A DNA stretch of 44,803 nt, the filler included, from Sphacelaria rigidula (Eukaryota), in assembly GCA_964200075.2 (NCBI GenBank). It is 2 parts of 2 records of this genome, joined end to end, with 100 filler letters (N's around TTAATTAATTAA, not from the genome) between each part and the next. Parts side by side here need not be neighbours in the genome. Positions count along the whole stretch, not along the records: positions 1 to 22,380 come from CAXNAA020000339.1; positions 22,481 to 44,803 come from CAXNAA020000340.1. One strand, written 5' to 3'. A model generated the notes under the pieces. That model was not told where the DNA came from and made no database searches. It worked only from the letters and a program-made list of their open reading frames with translations. Made by a program: the position numbers and the translations under genes. Position 1 is the stretch's first letter. Each line of letters begins with the position of its first letter. Below are positions 12,264 through 25,700 of the stretch, one piece after another.

Positions 12264-15019
12264 ACCATGCAACAGCAATTTCACGGGGGCAAACTACCCT
12301 ATGGTGCAGTTAGTAATGCCAGCACGATGGGCATTCAATCCTCTACCACTGTAGTGCAGACCAGTCAGACAGTAGAAATTACTCTGTGCACAAGTCGAGT
12401 GCTATACCCTTCCAAGGATCGCCGTTTTTGCCGTCCTACACCCGGTCACGGTAGTTCGGGGGTACGACCGGGGGAGAGTATCGACTGTATCACGGGTGGT
12501 AAACACCACACACCTTGCGCGTGCAGGGTTACTTTGACAGTAGGAGTCACCCAGCTCCCGCAGGGACGTGGTACGGAGCCGTTTGATCGTAGGTGTCACT
12601 GATTGTCCGTACTAGCTGTGTGCTTCCTCGGGCCACTGCTGTCAGCCGGCCCAACCCGGCCTCAGCGCTCGGGGCCGAGGCCGAGGGAAATTTTGGAACA
12701 AAACCCAATGGAGCATTCGACATCTTCAGAGGTGGGTGGGGGGGGCAGGCGGGAAGCGGTAAGCTGGTTACCTAGCTTTTGCAGCGAGTGGCGTTTTTCA
12801 CAGTGTCGTTTTCAACCAACGCCAACCCTTCAAGGGAACGTAGGCCAAGAGGCGGTGTGTACTCGTGATCCTAACCCTTGACATGGCATCCCTACACAGC
12901 CGGGACGGCGCACGCGGGAGTTTCGCAGACAAGGCTCGCAAAATATCACGAAGCGCATAATCGCGCGCATATGTGTTTCGCGAGTCGCATGAAGAGTGAG
13001 CCGTATCCTAGGATGGTTCAGCCCCGACCATACTAATTATCCAACATACGCCTGGAAGGCGGACTACAGGGCCTGCCTGAAGAGATAAGACCTTGCTCAT
13101 ACGGGGAACGGCAAATGCATTGTGTGCATGCAGTTGTTTTCTCAAACCTTCTGACAGAAGGCGACCATCTGGAACAACACAACCGATATCCCTCCAACGG
13201 CGGTAACACAAGCACGATACGAGCTAGGCCGCCTCTAGTGGGCCATGATCCGCACATCGTATGAAGCGTCTGACCAAGATAAAATGTGCCCATCTGCTCA
13301 AATATCTGGGCCGAGGTTTTATCGTTGATTAACCCTTACACAACGACCGCCCCTCAAATGGACTGAGTTGGAATATGCCACATTTGGGGTTCAGAACAGT
13401 TTTTTCCCTCACGCTAGACAAACCGCCTTTCGTTTCATCATGTGAATGCTGGGCATCTACGTAAAAACAAGCCCCGGAAAATCCCTGACTGGTTTTCACC
13501 GTGTACTTAACAGAGTGGTCAGTATGTGTGCGCTATGTCTCGTGCAATCCAATACCCCCGCCCCCCCCCCCTATCGTAGAATGACACTTCCACGAAAACA
13601 ATGTCCATGACAAGCCCTGAAAATTGTTTTGTCCATGACCCCTTGCTCGTGACGTATACCAAGGTGATTCATGCTGAACCAGTTGGTTGTCGCATAATCT
13701 ACTGGGGGCAAATATAGGGTCGTGTTGCGGCATCTCGTGCCCCATAGTTGAAGGCGGCGGAGGTGTACATCGACCGTCTGTCTGTTGAAGGAATCACAAT
13801 TGTGATGGAAACAACGCAAAATATCCGACTGAACTTGCCACGACTGGACAAAACAGGAACGACTCGGTATCAATCACTAGGGCAATTCTGTGTGGTGGCG
13901 AACGCTCTCGACTTCGGTTTGTACCAACCCTGCTCAAACTATTCGATCTCAGCGTCGGCTGCCATAATCTCGATGTTCACGTGTTCGGGTAAACTAGAGT
14001 TGTCCTGTTACAGTATGCACATTAATATGGAACTCGGTTTTAGTGTGGATCATCCTCAACTTCACGGCACACACAAAATTCATTTTCCCACAGGCGCGAG
14101 GCGTACGGGAGGGCACGGATGTCGCACATCCTTAATCGTGGATAGGTCGCCAGAAACCGTTCAGCATGATGCACATGCGTCGTGCTACTACGCTGTACGT
14201 AGCCACCTCATGTCAGTATTGCCGAGCAGTTCGAAGCCTCGTGCTACCTACTGAGGATGTACCTTCTAGCTGCGCACTCTTGCCGCTAGGCACGAGTATC
14301 CGATCCTATATGTCAACAGCGAAAAAACGGTGGGACGAGCAGCGCATTGGCTGTTCTTCTCCGTATTCCTCTCTCAACCTATCACATTCGTCGGCACGAG
14401 TTCGTAGTTTCGATATATTCATCCATATTTCCGCTCGTGCATCCGCAACATTTTGCTACCGCCGATGAGATCAGCGCCCCCGCATGTTGTGGGCTATTGT
14501 CAGATATTCCCGGATACTCCTGCCCTCACGCGTTCAAATGAAGAATTGAGATACATATCAGAAAACGAATCTACCGGGATCCCAAGCCGCAACCTCTCGC
14601 CTTCATCGAGTCTGCATGAACCAATTGCATCACTGGGACGCTGCTGTATAACACAAGGCTACAAATGCACCCTTCTTTGCGGTGACCTGCCAAAAGCAGT
14701 GACATAACCATGAGAAGATGCAGCTAGCAAATTCACCGTGGTTCGGAAACCATTGCTGGAGACGATCCACCAAAACACGTACATCCAAGAGCATGGTTCT
14801 GCGGCCTCCGCGTCCCCAGCTACCGACTCAACACAGCTGACCTCTTCGACCTCAAAACCTCAAAAGTGATAAACATTGCGGAGATTTGAACGGAATCATG
14901 ACCCGCGCACCACGGATACGGTGAAACAACGCTTTGTCCAACATCAGCGGGGGAAAAGGCGTGCACGGGTCCTTCATTCAACTTACCGCTTTCGCAGGAG
15001 AGATGAGACCGCGGACACG

Positions 15020-16623
15020 TGACGAGACGGGGAGGACACGTTCAGTTCTAACTTCACGTCGGTTCCGTCGTTCTCAGACATTAAATCATCCCCGGCTGTC
15101 ATGTCAAGTACCGGCTACACCTGAGCCGTCCGGCAAAGCCGCTTCCTGTTCCTTCCATCGGCGATGCTATTAGTACAACTTCGGCTTCTGATAGTCTCAC
15201 TAGAGCCGCCAAGGCACATGCTGTCGTAACTACTGGGTCGCGCAGCAACTCGTTTGCTACTTCGTATCCCCTCAAACCTTCGCGCAGGCGTCACAGTGTC
15301 TTCCTTTTCGATTTCCATGCGCATCTCTGTCCCACCTATAGTAACCCTATCTACTGCCGCCGCGCCGGGGTGCTGTCTCAAGGGGGCAGGCTACGCGGTC
15401 GTGGAATATGCACCCCGTCGCCTATCGCGGATGACAAGCGGGTGGCAACGAGAATCAGCGTTACGACCATCATCGTTCGTGTTGGGACAGGCCTTCGGTG
15501 GATGCCCGGATTTTTCACATCCGTCATCCATACCGATGCCAGCTTCTTCCGTGACGAAGTCACCACTCGCTGGGTTGTAGGATATGTCCCATGGGATTAG
15601 ACCATAATATGGCCAAATTATGTGCAGCACCACGGTAGCTGTTCCCGTGCTCTCGAACCAGGTGAGAATGATGCTGCGAGGCTCATTCATCTCCATTCAC
15701 ATGAATCATTCCTGCGCGGGCGTGTGCGACGCAGAACTCCGCCTTCCCACCACCTGAATCGGATGATGGTCGTGAAGAGCGGCCCTCCCTGCTGCACCGC
15801 TTGCTTTTCACATCGACCATGCCCGCACCGGCGTGTGTCGCGCAGAACTCTGCCTTCCTGCTACCGGCTGCACCAAACGATGGTCTTGTGGAGCAGCCCT
15901 CCTCGCTGCAACTCTTGCTCAGCACATCGACCATGCCCGCACCGGCGTGTGCGGCGCAGAACTCCGCCTTCCTGCTACCGGCTGCACCGCACGTTGGTAC
16001 TGTGGAGCACACGTTGGTACTGTGGAGCAGCCCTCCTTGCCGCAACGCTTGCCGTTCACGTGGACCATGCCCGCTCGGGCGTGTGCGGCGCAGATTTCCG
16101 CCTTCCTCCTACCGGCTGCACCGAACGTTGGTACTGTGGATCAGCCCTCCTTGCCGCAACGCTTGCCGTTCACATTGACCATGCCCGCTTGGGCGTGTGT
16201 GCCGCAGAACTCCGCCTTCCTGCTACTGGCTGGACCAAACGATAGATATCTGGAGCAGCCCTCGTCGCCGCACCGCCTGTGGTTCACATGGACCATGCCT
16301 GCTCGGGCGTGTGTCGCGCAAAACTTCGCGTTTCTGCTGCCGGCTGAACCGTGCGGTGATTGAGTGGATCAGCCCTCCTTGCCGCACCGCTTGCTCTTCA
16401 CATGGACCATGCCCGGTTGGGCGTGTCCAGTGCAGAACTCTGCCTGCCTGCAATTAGCTGCACCGAACGATGGGTATTTGGAGCAGCCCTCCTTGCCGCA
16501 CCACCTTTTCACATCGACCATGCCCGCCCGCGCATGTTTGGTGCAGAACTCTGCCTTCTTGCTACCCGCTATGCCCAGTGATGCTCCCGTGGTGCAACTC
16601 GTGTGGATGCACATTTCAGGCAT
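15020..16623 (-). pseudogene. EsV-1-7 cysteine-rich repeat protein gene, disrupted (8 repeats of ~38 aa plus low-complexity tail)
   Basis: Repeated C..EGCS..P.FG.AGSRKAEFC..HA.AGMV.V units with 111-114 nt period (~15700-16623). In-frame TGA at 16369-16371 and 16141-16143, 20-bp duplication frameshift at 15990-16029, further stops in the tail. The 3' boundary is approximate. Confidence 0.88.
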
Positions 16624-19482
16624 CCCCCTCACAACCGCACCAGAGAAGGGACAAGGCCGCGGTAGTCCACGCTGCTGCTGCTGCTGCTGCTGCTACGATC
16701 CGCCCTGTCACAGACTCCTTCACAAGATACGCTGACTAGTTCAGGAGCACCCTGCACCAATCAACCAGCAAGTAGAATCTTAGGCCGTGCTTATGTGAAA
16801 GATAGGTGACCTAACATCATAGTATATCGGTCTCGTATCGGAACGTGGAATAATAGATTGAACTGACACGTCAACCGTTGAGTTAGCAGGCGACAGAGAC
16901 AACCACTGCAGCACGGTCGTTACAGGGGAGGGGGGGGGCGCGGCCCTTTCAATTGAAAGCATAGTCGATGCGTGTTTTTGCAGCGCGGGGGGCACGGCTG
17001 AAGCAAAGGAAGGAGTGTCGAAGTCTGAAATGCACAGAAGTCTACAGTATCGAGGGCTCTAGTGTGGTTTCGCCACCCATCCGATTTACGTGACACACGA
17101 CGCGCATGCGATCATTTTGTACTGTGCACATCACATCGGGGTCATAGGCTGGATGAACTATCACTTTATGTGAGGGATACTCCTCAGCATATAAATGATT
17201 GATGACGAAAGCCTACAATAGGCAGATGGTGATATGGAGGTGGGCAGCACACGCCGGTTTATGACGTTTTCAGCGTACTGCCATGCGCTGTTGGGAGACA
17301 CCACCTTATCCTGTGTGGGTGCACAAAGGGTGCTCTACGCTAGATGTAGTGGTGGTGGCCACTGGCAGGATTGTTGTGCATACTACTGCACCCACCATAC
17401 GGCACTAGCAGCCAGGCGACATGACAATAGCCAGCTGTGCCTACATCAGTCGCCCCTGCCACCACCTGCTGAAACAAGACAGACCTTTGAACTAGGGGAG
17501 ACTGCGGAAATGAACCCCTCTCGAAAACTGGTATTACTCCGTTGAAGTCCCCCGTGCCTGAAGAGTGTGAGCATTGATACCAGAAACGCATTCACTGGGC
17601 AGGATGAACGCAAAGGAGCTCGCTGAGTGTTGGGCTCGAAAATACTCTGATACGTCTCCTCGATATAGCAACAAGGACTCTTGCACATACTCTCACCAAC
17701 CGGCATCCTGCGGCACAAGCTATTGGTATGACACAAGACAGGGGTTACCGACGAGCCATGCGGTGAGCGTACGGCGGTGTTGATCTTGAGGGACTCAAAT
17801 AGCTGTGGCCCGTGCGTCCATTTCCCACGTGATGCAGCATGGAAGCACAGGGTTTGGTGTAATTGGCACCCACTCTGCTCCGGGCGAACAGGATCATTGT
17901 GTGGATACGCAAGGTACGAACGACCTGCTCGGGTCTTCGCTGCTTCGGATGACAACACCATGGCGTGCCATACTATTTAGAGGCGGAGGTTTGCACGTAA
18001 CACACATACATGCTGAAAATGCAAGCAATCGGCGCCTCCCATATTTGGGGTACAGTAGGAATGACGCTCGGGGCAATGCAACGGGTCTCGAAGATGAGTA
18101 CACGGAGTCGTCAGGGATGGTATATGTTACAAGAAAATGACGAATTCAACACAATTTCTCCTCGGGATTCCTGTGTACAATAAACCGGGATGGCGTGCTG
18201 AAGTAGGAGGCGTGTTGTCCAGAATCGAGAACAAAGCGATCATCAAATCAATTCACGACCAACAATTGACCTCAAAACATGATTTGAGCTACGTTCGGGG
18301 ACACGCACACGGAAGCTGCTACCTTGAGAAAGGAGGGACAGACGTCAACAACAGGTGGGGAACAAACTTACGCGTGAAGACGGATCTTCAGACACAACTG
18401 TAGAAACACGCAGTTACCAACGTGATGACACAAACGACACAAACGGCATAGCAGATTTCACGACACATAAAGAGATGCGCTATATATATGCATTTGGCCG
18501 ACGGCTCAAGTGAGCCTTGTAGTGGAAATTTCAGCAAGATAATACAACCCAAGCGAGGTTTTCTTTACCTGAAATGTGTGCCGCAGTATAATGAACCTTT
18601 TCCTGGTTCATGCACAAATACACGAATCTAACATACTACGGAAACGAAAACTCGTACGCACCGTTCGATATTGAGATCGTATCGCGAATCCCTGTTAACG
18701 TGTCGTGCCGTATCGTAAAACAGATCACGTGTACTACGTAATGCCAGGCGGTGGATAAGACATACCATACAGTGCAGATCTCGGTCAAGACCCCGTGCCC
18801 CACGATGAACCCGCCTTAGCAGACAAGCGACAATTATACCATGTGTGGCCCAAGGTGCAAATGACACGTCGAACTGTTGTTGAATTTATCGCAACAATCA
18901 TATATGTCTTCTTCAATGTCCTCGTGTTTCAGGCCGTTGCATATGATCCGACGACAAAGCGAAAGGTCGGTTAGTGACGGTCTTCCAGGAACAGCAGTCT
19001 TCGAAACCGTTTCGTACAACACCGAAAACAAATGGCGCGTACGCTCGCCTACCGTGGTACTTGAAATGGTTCACTTAGTGTGCGAAACAACGGCCGCTGT
19101 ACCGGCTGTTGTCCGTATCTCCGTGCTATACTGCCCCATCTGCACTGCTGCACCGCACGCACCTTGGAGTATGCTGCTGCCGTTGTGCCGCATGCACGCA
19201 CTGAACAACTATGTGCTACACCTGTGGGGACTGAATGTACAGTTACACAGCGGCACTGGCTGCAATGCAGTGTTGCTGCATCGTACATTGTGCTGTCTGT
19301 ACTCGACGTGTGCAGCTGTATCCTCATATATGTTCTCCATCCACACAGCTGGGCGCGCCATGCTCGATGGAGGCGTTTTGTAGTCCCGTGCATCGACAAA
19401 CTTCGATTTCTCCAACAAGTCGTTTTCTCAACAACATGGGAGCAAAACGAATCTATCAAGGGGAATCCCCGTTCGAAGACGT

Positions 19483-19522
<40 letters not shown>
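19483..19522. repeat. (CT)n microsatellite
   Basis: Direct reading. Confidence 0.95.
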
Positions 19523-19523
<1 letters not shown>

Positions 19524-22380
19524 GTGAAAGATACTGTAGGAAGGGTCGAGCACCATCTATATGCATCACCGGAAACACGTTTTTCATGTTTTTGTTTTCG
19601 GATCAGAAGAAGCGAGTTCGGAAGCGGCTGTTCAATAACTGGGTGTGCGCGTGTTACGTCCTTGCATCTGACCGCGGGTCTCAGCAAATAATATTCAAGT
19701 ATCGAGTGAGGAGGAAATCAAATGCCCGAAGAAAACCGTCGACGTGCAAGGGGAAGTGTTTAGTGGCGTGGCGGAGCTTCTGGTTTGTACCTGGATGAAC
19801 ACCATAACCTTTGCCCACTTTTGCGGAAAGTAACTTGCTCCTGTTCCTAGGATTTCGGTTCAGTGTAGTGATCGTAAAATACTCCAGGACGCGTTATTAT
19901 TTAATGATGGAAGAAGGGTATGTTGTCGTGTTCGCCATGGTGTGGTGAGTCAGGCAACGTCGGTAATTTGAAAATGATGTTTGCTATTCTCGGTTTTGGT
20001 TGGTGTCGTGTGTATTCCTTCCTTGGTACATGAATGCTGTGGTAAGCGCATCGTTTCCAGTTTTTCGTCTTCCAGTGCTGCACTTGAGAATGCGCCCACA
20101 TGACGGCTGTCGGGGTCGCGATTCACCTACTTCCTTTCCTCGCCTACATGATTACAATACTGTAGTCAACATTTGAAATGAGAGATTTTCGTGGTCAGAG
20201 ACAGTGGGAACTGTTTTCGCGTGCCACCGCTCATCCCAGTGAACGTTTGATCCCAAAGTTTGGGGATTGGAAGATACCAAGAATCCCCTCCATATTCGAA
20301 AACACGATCATATGTGTGTTCATTATTGAACGCCTCACGGGCTGACCGTCCTTCGGGGGTAGTGAGATTACCCAGGCCCAGGTTCTGACCCTGGAGCATT
20401 TTTGCTCGGTGGAAGCACTTTCAATCGGTTTCAATAATAATAGATAAAAACAGTTGCTTGTTTGAATTTTTCCACCTAGTTATTGCTCTCGAGCCGAAAA
20501 ACGGTTTTTTGGACCAGTAACAGTCGATGACATTCCTTGATGAACAAGGAACTTATTCATATCTTCCCGAAAACATCAATTGAGGATTTCGATCTCAGCA
20601 CGACCTGCTTCTCTTCCCACTATCTATCGCGACGCCGGGGGTGAAAGCGTCAAGAACGGATTCTAGACAAGAAAACTCAGAAAAGTACCCAAACTCGAAA
20701 ATTGCCCAACCCAGCTCTAGTTAGCTCAGGTGGGGGTGAAACAAATTCCATCACTCTCATAAAAATGATTTTACGGACTCGTATTTTTCTTTCTCGTCTG
20801 TTTATTGCGTTAGAGACTAAAATGACTGGGTTTTGGACAAAAAATGGTCAACAACGTCCCCTGTCGACACACTTCGGAATTAAAAGGAACACAGAGACGA
20901 GTTTTGTTTCGGAATGTGGAACGGATGCCTAGTAGTATTTCCTGACTATCAAACGGTGGGATCAACCGCTCGCTGGAATGAGCGGTAGCACGCGAAAAAG
21001 ACATCGGAAATCGCCCGCTACAAAAACGTTACAAATCTCCCATTTCAAATGAAAACCAATATACATACGGTACAGTACAGTACCGTTGCACTGTGGGAAT
21101 GTCGATTTTCTGCTGGAGACTACCGAAATATTTGATTCCATAGGAACCGCAAACACATCACACGCCAGCTGCGTCTGTCAATTTCCACTACATGTCTAAA
21201 GTTGATGTTGAGAACAGCATATTCCAGGTCTCGATAAGACATGGTATGTGCTCCAGTTGGGAGCATTGTAGCCGCAGTATATGTTCACATTATCGAGGTG
21301 GAGTGGGTTCATGCCGACACATGCACGACACGAGGTTGCTCCTCGATCATGTTGCATCATGTGGGGCGATGGATATACCCACGTGTAGCGAGCCACACAT
21401 CTTATGAAAAATATACGAGTCGTTGTTGCGACAACTGAAGCCGAACACGAGCTATACGAGGGGTATTGGTATCATGATATATACCTTTGTACACCGCGGG
21501 CCGTCGACATATTGTAGGGATCAACACATGTCGAAGATGCTTCAGGAGGCGCATAATGGAGGTGTGATGCACCTAGTAATACATCCTCGAACCTGTTTGC
21601 AGATCTAGCGAGATAAAAATATTGATCGCCATATTTGGATTTCAACCGAGGAGGTTACCCGCCAGAATATCAATGATCACTGCATAAACCACAACAACGT
21701 TTAACCGGTCTGCAGATCCGGTGACAAGAATGTTCGCTACAGCTTCCTCACACGTAAGGAGTCGGAACACGTATGATGCTCCAAGTTTGCTCCAGTTTGA
21801 TCAGAAGTGATGAGGTCACATGCTGCATTCGGAAGTCCGATGCAGCTGACTGCTCCACGTGTTTGGCGAGTGCTACTGAGTACTTGTTTGGGGGTTGATG
21901 TATACGTGCCTGTTGTATTTCCTCATCACATCATCCTTGAACCGGCACCAACATGTTGGACCAACCACCACTAGTAGGACGAAGACATCTCCGACGCTGT
22001 CTGAAAATATGGCGGACGATTAAGTTGCACTTCACCATCAACGACAACTGCAACAACCGCCGCATCTACGAACCTGTCAGGAGCTCTAGCTGACACAAAC
22101 ATCGCTTGTACATGGTACACTAATGTTCAGATTCGTCCCAGTCTGTTTCCAAGCTATCATTTTTGGCTCATGATTTCAAAACCCATAATATTATGCCTTC
22201 TGCCTCGCTCGAAGAGGTATAGTAGTCAGCGTCAATAGTTTTCAGAATTCGTAGGTGTCCTTTTTCTGAGTTTTTCTAAGTAACGTTCTTCACTACTACT
22301 TGAAAGTGCTAGCGCCGGTAGATTTGGGGAGAAAGCGTAGGCTGCGCTTAATCTGCAGTGCTTGCGTTGGTGTTTTTGGG

Positions 22381-22480
22381 NNNNNNNNNNNNNNNNNNNN
22401 NNNNNNNNNNNNNNNNNNNNNNNNTTAATTAATTAANNNNNNNNNNNNNNNNNNNNNNNNNNNNNNNNNNNNNNNNNNNN
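22381..22480. other. Artificial contig-joining spacer (N44-TTAATTAATTAA-N44)
   Basis: Exactly 100 nt; the central 12-mer places stop codons in all six frames, as in pseudomolecule linkers. Confidence 0.95.
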
Positions 22481-22786
22481 GGGGTGTACTCATTTGTTAC
22501 TTGCCTTAGTCGTTTGACCATTGACCACGCATCCCTTTCGAGACGGAGCACCGTGGGGGGGAAAGGGGGGGGGGGGGGGGGCTCAACAAACGACACAGCA
22601 CCTTAAAAAACACACTCTGCATCGAGTCGTCAACGGGCATTCTTGCCGCTGGATCAACTGTCAACAGGCATAAACTCCGACACGTGTAACAAAGCACGTT
22701 GCGCACCAAGTAACACGGGCGCGCAGTCGCGTTCAGACGCTTCCACGGCACAGAGGCACACAACCATGACCACACATCACACAAAC

Positions 22787-25700
22787 CTGGTATCTGAAGG
22801 ATGCTGCATGCCGATGATGACCCACTTCGCCGCCGCCCCCGTCACCGCTAACGATAACCCAAACCCAAGATACGCCAGCGGAGTAAAAAAGCAAGCCATC
22901 CCCGCCCCCCCAGACGCCTCCGCAACGTGCGCCAACCCCAACAACGGCCAAAACGCCGCGCTGAGGGTGATAGCCGTTGATATAGCCGCTAACGGCACAG
23001 GTGCCGCGAAATACAGAACCTTCTCCAGAACGGAGAGTTTTCGAGGCGGCGACGTGTATTTCCCCGCCACCATCGGCACGGGGGTCCCCAGGTGAAGGGC
23101 CCTCTCTCGTACAGGGTCTGTTCCTGCGAGACGCGTGTTGGGGCCTAAAGCACCCCCGTGTGGAAGCGTGGCTCCTGGAAGCGTGACCGAACCCGCGCCG
23201 CACAGACCCCTGTCGGTTCGGGAAGCGGCAATAGCACCATGGGTGTAGAGGAAGGGAAGTCAGTCAAGAGGCTTCGTAGTTTTCGCCCTCGTTGGCTTTT
23301 TGCGTCTAAGGAACACGTAGGGCAGACGCCAAGTGGTAGTAAGTGGCAAGTTCTGCGCAAGAGTTTCGATGCTGTATCGGATTGGGCAGCAACGGGCCAG
23401 AGAGTTACAGTGAACCGGCAGAGCCAGGGGTGGAGTTTACGGGGTGGTGGAGAGCATGATTGGTGTGAAAGGTGCATCGTTGGTGATACTTTTATCAATT
23501 CGACTATTAATAGCGACACAAAAAGCACTGTAACCGGGTATGCCGGATGCCCACGTCACGTAACGGTAGGGAACATCTCAGGGCATGCTGCCTCCGAAGG
23601 TTTGGTCAGCCATCAAGGGTTCACCTGTCGCCGATGAACGTTTTTCTCAGCGTGAAGGCGTTCGGCTGCGTGTACATCGTGCAGTAGGTACTCGAGGCGA
23701 AGCCCACGTGCATGTCGTCTCCCAGGGTCAGTAGCTCCGGCTATTGAAAAAGCGGCGCGCGCACGAGGGACAAACAGGACAACACAGGGCAGAACCTTGA
23801 AGCACAGCAAGGCAAGACTCCGAACTTTTGTCAAGGATGATCACGTTGATTAGTTGGTTGCCACACACTAACCGGTTCGCCGCGAATCTAGCCATGAACA
23901 CGACCGTCACGTACCCATGGATATTTGACGAAATCACGCTGTCAAAAAGTTTTGAGAAAAAGTGGGGGAAATACACGAGGGAGACAAAGAAGACAGAGTA
24001 CACGGAGATCACATATAGGGTCCAAGCAAATGCACTTTCCGAGGAATAAAAACGAAAAATCCGTGCCAGGCCGTACGAAAAAATTGACCGTGCAAGCAGG
24101 TTGCGACTCGGAAGTGATGTGAAAGGCTCGGAGGAAACGCTACAAAACACAAGAAAGGAAGAAGGAAGGGGAAAGCGAAAAATTAACAACGGACGGAAAA
24201 CAGATGGGAAAAAAAAAAAGGAGAAAAGGGAAACGAGTACATGAACCATTAACACAACGCAGAACATGAGCAGAAAGCAGGACTAGAAAGTAGAGCTGGA
24301 GTTACAACTCGAGGCGAAGGGACAACAACCGAAAGGAGGACAAAATGGCATCAGTGCTGTTACCCCCCTTCCCCCAAGTCGACTCTACAGTAGTCAGCAA
24401 CAAATCGGGCTACACTCTCGGTGAGTTCCAAGTTGGCTTCGTTGCGGCTCGTTATTGCGGTCGTTGTTCCCAGGGGTGGCGGCTCTCCATTAATGTTCCT
24501 CCCACCAGCAATCTCTTGTGCACCACTGTGTATTCCAAGTACGTGTCGAGTACCGACGACCTTCGGTTCTTCGGCCCAAATGGAACCGTATACGCACTCG
24601 AGCACAACATGCTCCGGTATTCGCATACTGTCCCTTCAGAGATGAGATGGGTTGCGCTCCGACGTGCACAGCAAAGCCGCGGCTTCGTCTCGTGCTCTAC
24701 AGCGCCGTTAACGGCAAAAAATGCCAAAACAAGTACGAAAGAATAGCCCACACAATTAAAAACATTGCTTGAAAGCCAAGGGCCCACCTCTGTGTAAATA
24801 TTCTTGTTGAGCATGACGCTCACGCATCGCCCGACCGGTCCTCCGAGCGCCCTGAGCCACATCGAGTTCCCGAGGTTCCCGTTGAACATTAGGACGGACC
24901 GCATCATCGCTGACATGATGAGACGATCGGTGATCTGCGAAACAACATGAGCAGAAGATTGATGATTGATTGGTTAATTAATTGCTACATGGAGTGTTTC
25001 TTACACGTGGCAGAACAGGACAATATATGTGTTGCACACAAAAGCAGCACATCTGATGCGTGTACGGGGGGCGTGTTATATTCAGTGTTCATTCAGCTCA
25101 CACCAGAAGCAGTGTCGAGCATCCATGAACATGGACGATGACCCGTCCTTCAGGTCGAATGCGCGCACGTATGATCATGCAGTGTGCTCATCAGTGCGAA
25201 TTTCCGCGTACTGTTGCGTCGGACTAGGTAGGAGATATGTTCCCGAGTCGGTGAATGAATAAATGCGTGTACTCGAGCTGTCTTCAAGAAATAACAAATA
25301 GGAAAATGCGCTCGATTTTTGCTGCCCTTCCTGCTATAATGAAGGGGGACGAGCGGTAACATCCCTACCTGCTTGCGGAAGCCTAGCCAAGACGTTGTGT
25401 GGCAAACGCCGTCCACAGGCGAGAACCTCTGCACCAAGATCCACTTAAGGCACACGGATAGCACCATATGGCACAAGTGGAAAACCACAGCAGATACAGC
25501 AGCCTGAGCAGAGGGAAACGTTTCGCGTGAGGGAGCGAGGGTGGACGGGCGGGATTGATGATGCAGACTCCACACAGACACTGCAACATCTCGGTGGCCA
25601 TCTTGTATTTAATAGCCGACAGTACGATGGTGGGTTGAGCCTGGAAATGTCGGTGAGGCCACATCCAGTTACAGTTTCGAGCCGGTCACCCCGCTGGCTC

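Noticed and set aside
12900-14900. Possible decayed coding sequence, including ORF 13748-14254
   Set aside because: No recognisable motif or consistent exon chain.
15700-16623. Regular tandem repeats as a CRISPR-like array
   Set aside because: Units are 111-114 nt, codon-phased and protein-coding (EsV-1-7), with no unique spacers.
15622-16735. Plus-strand ORFs over the repeat array
   Set aside because: Antisense shadows of the EsV-1-7 coding strand.
18877-19798. Overlapping 170-210 aa ORFs on both strands
   Set aside because: No protein-like features; they run through a (CT)n microsatellite.
20160-22380. AT-rich transposon-like sequence and a possible final synthetase exon near 21970-22073
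   Set aside because: No TIR/TSD pair found; the exon-like piece lacks the expected repeat motifs and lies across an artificial join.
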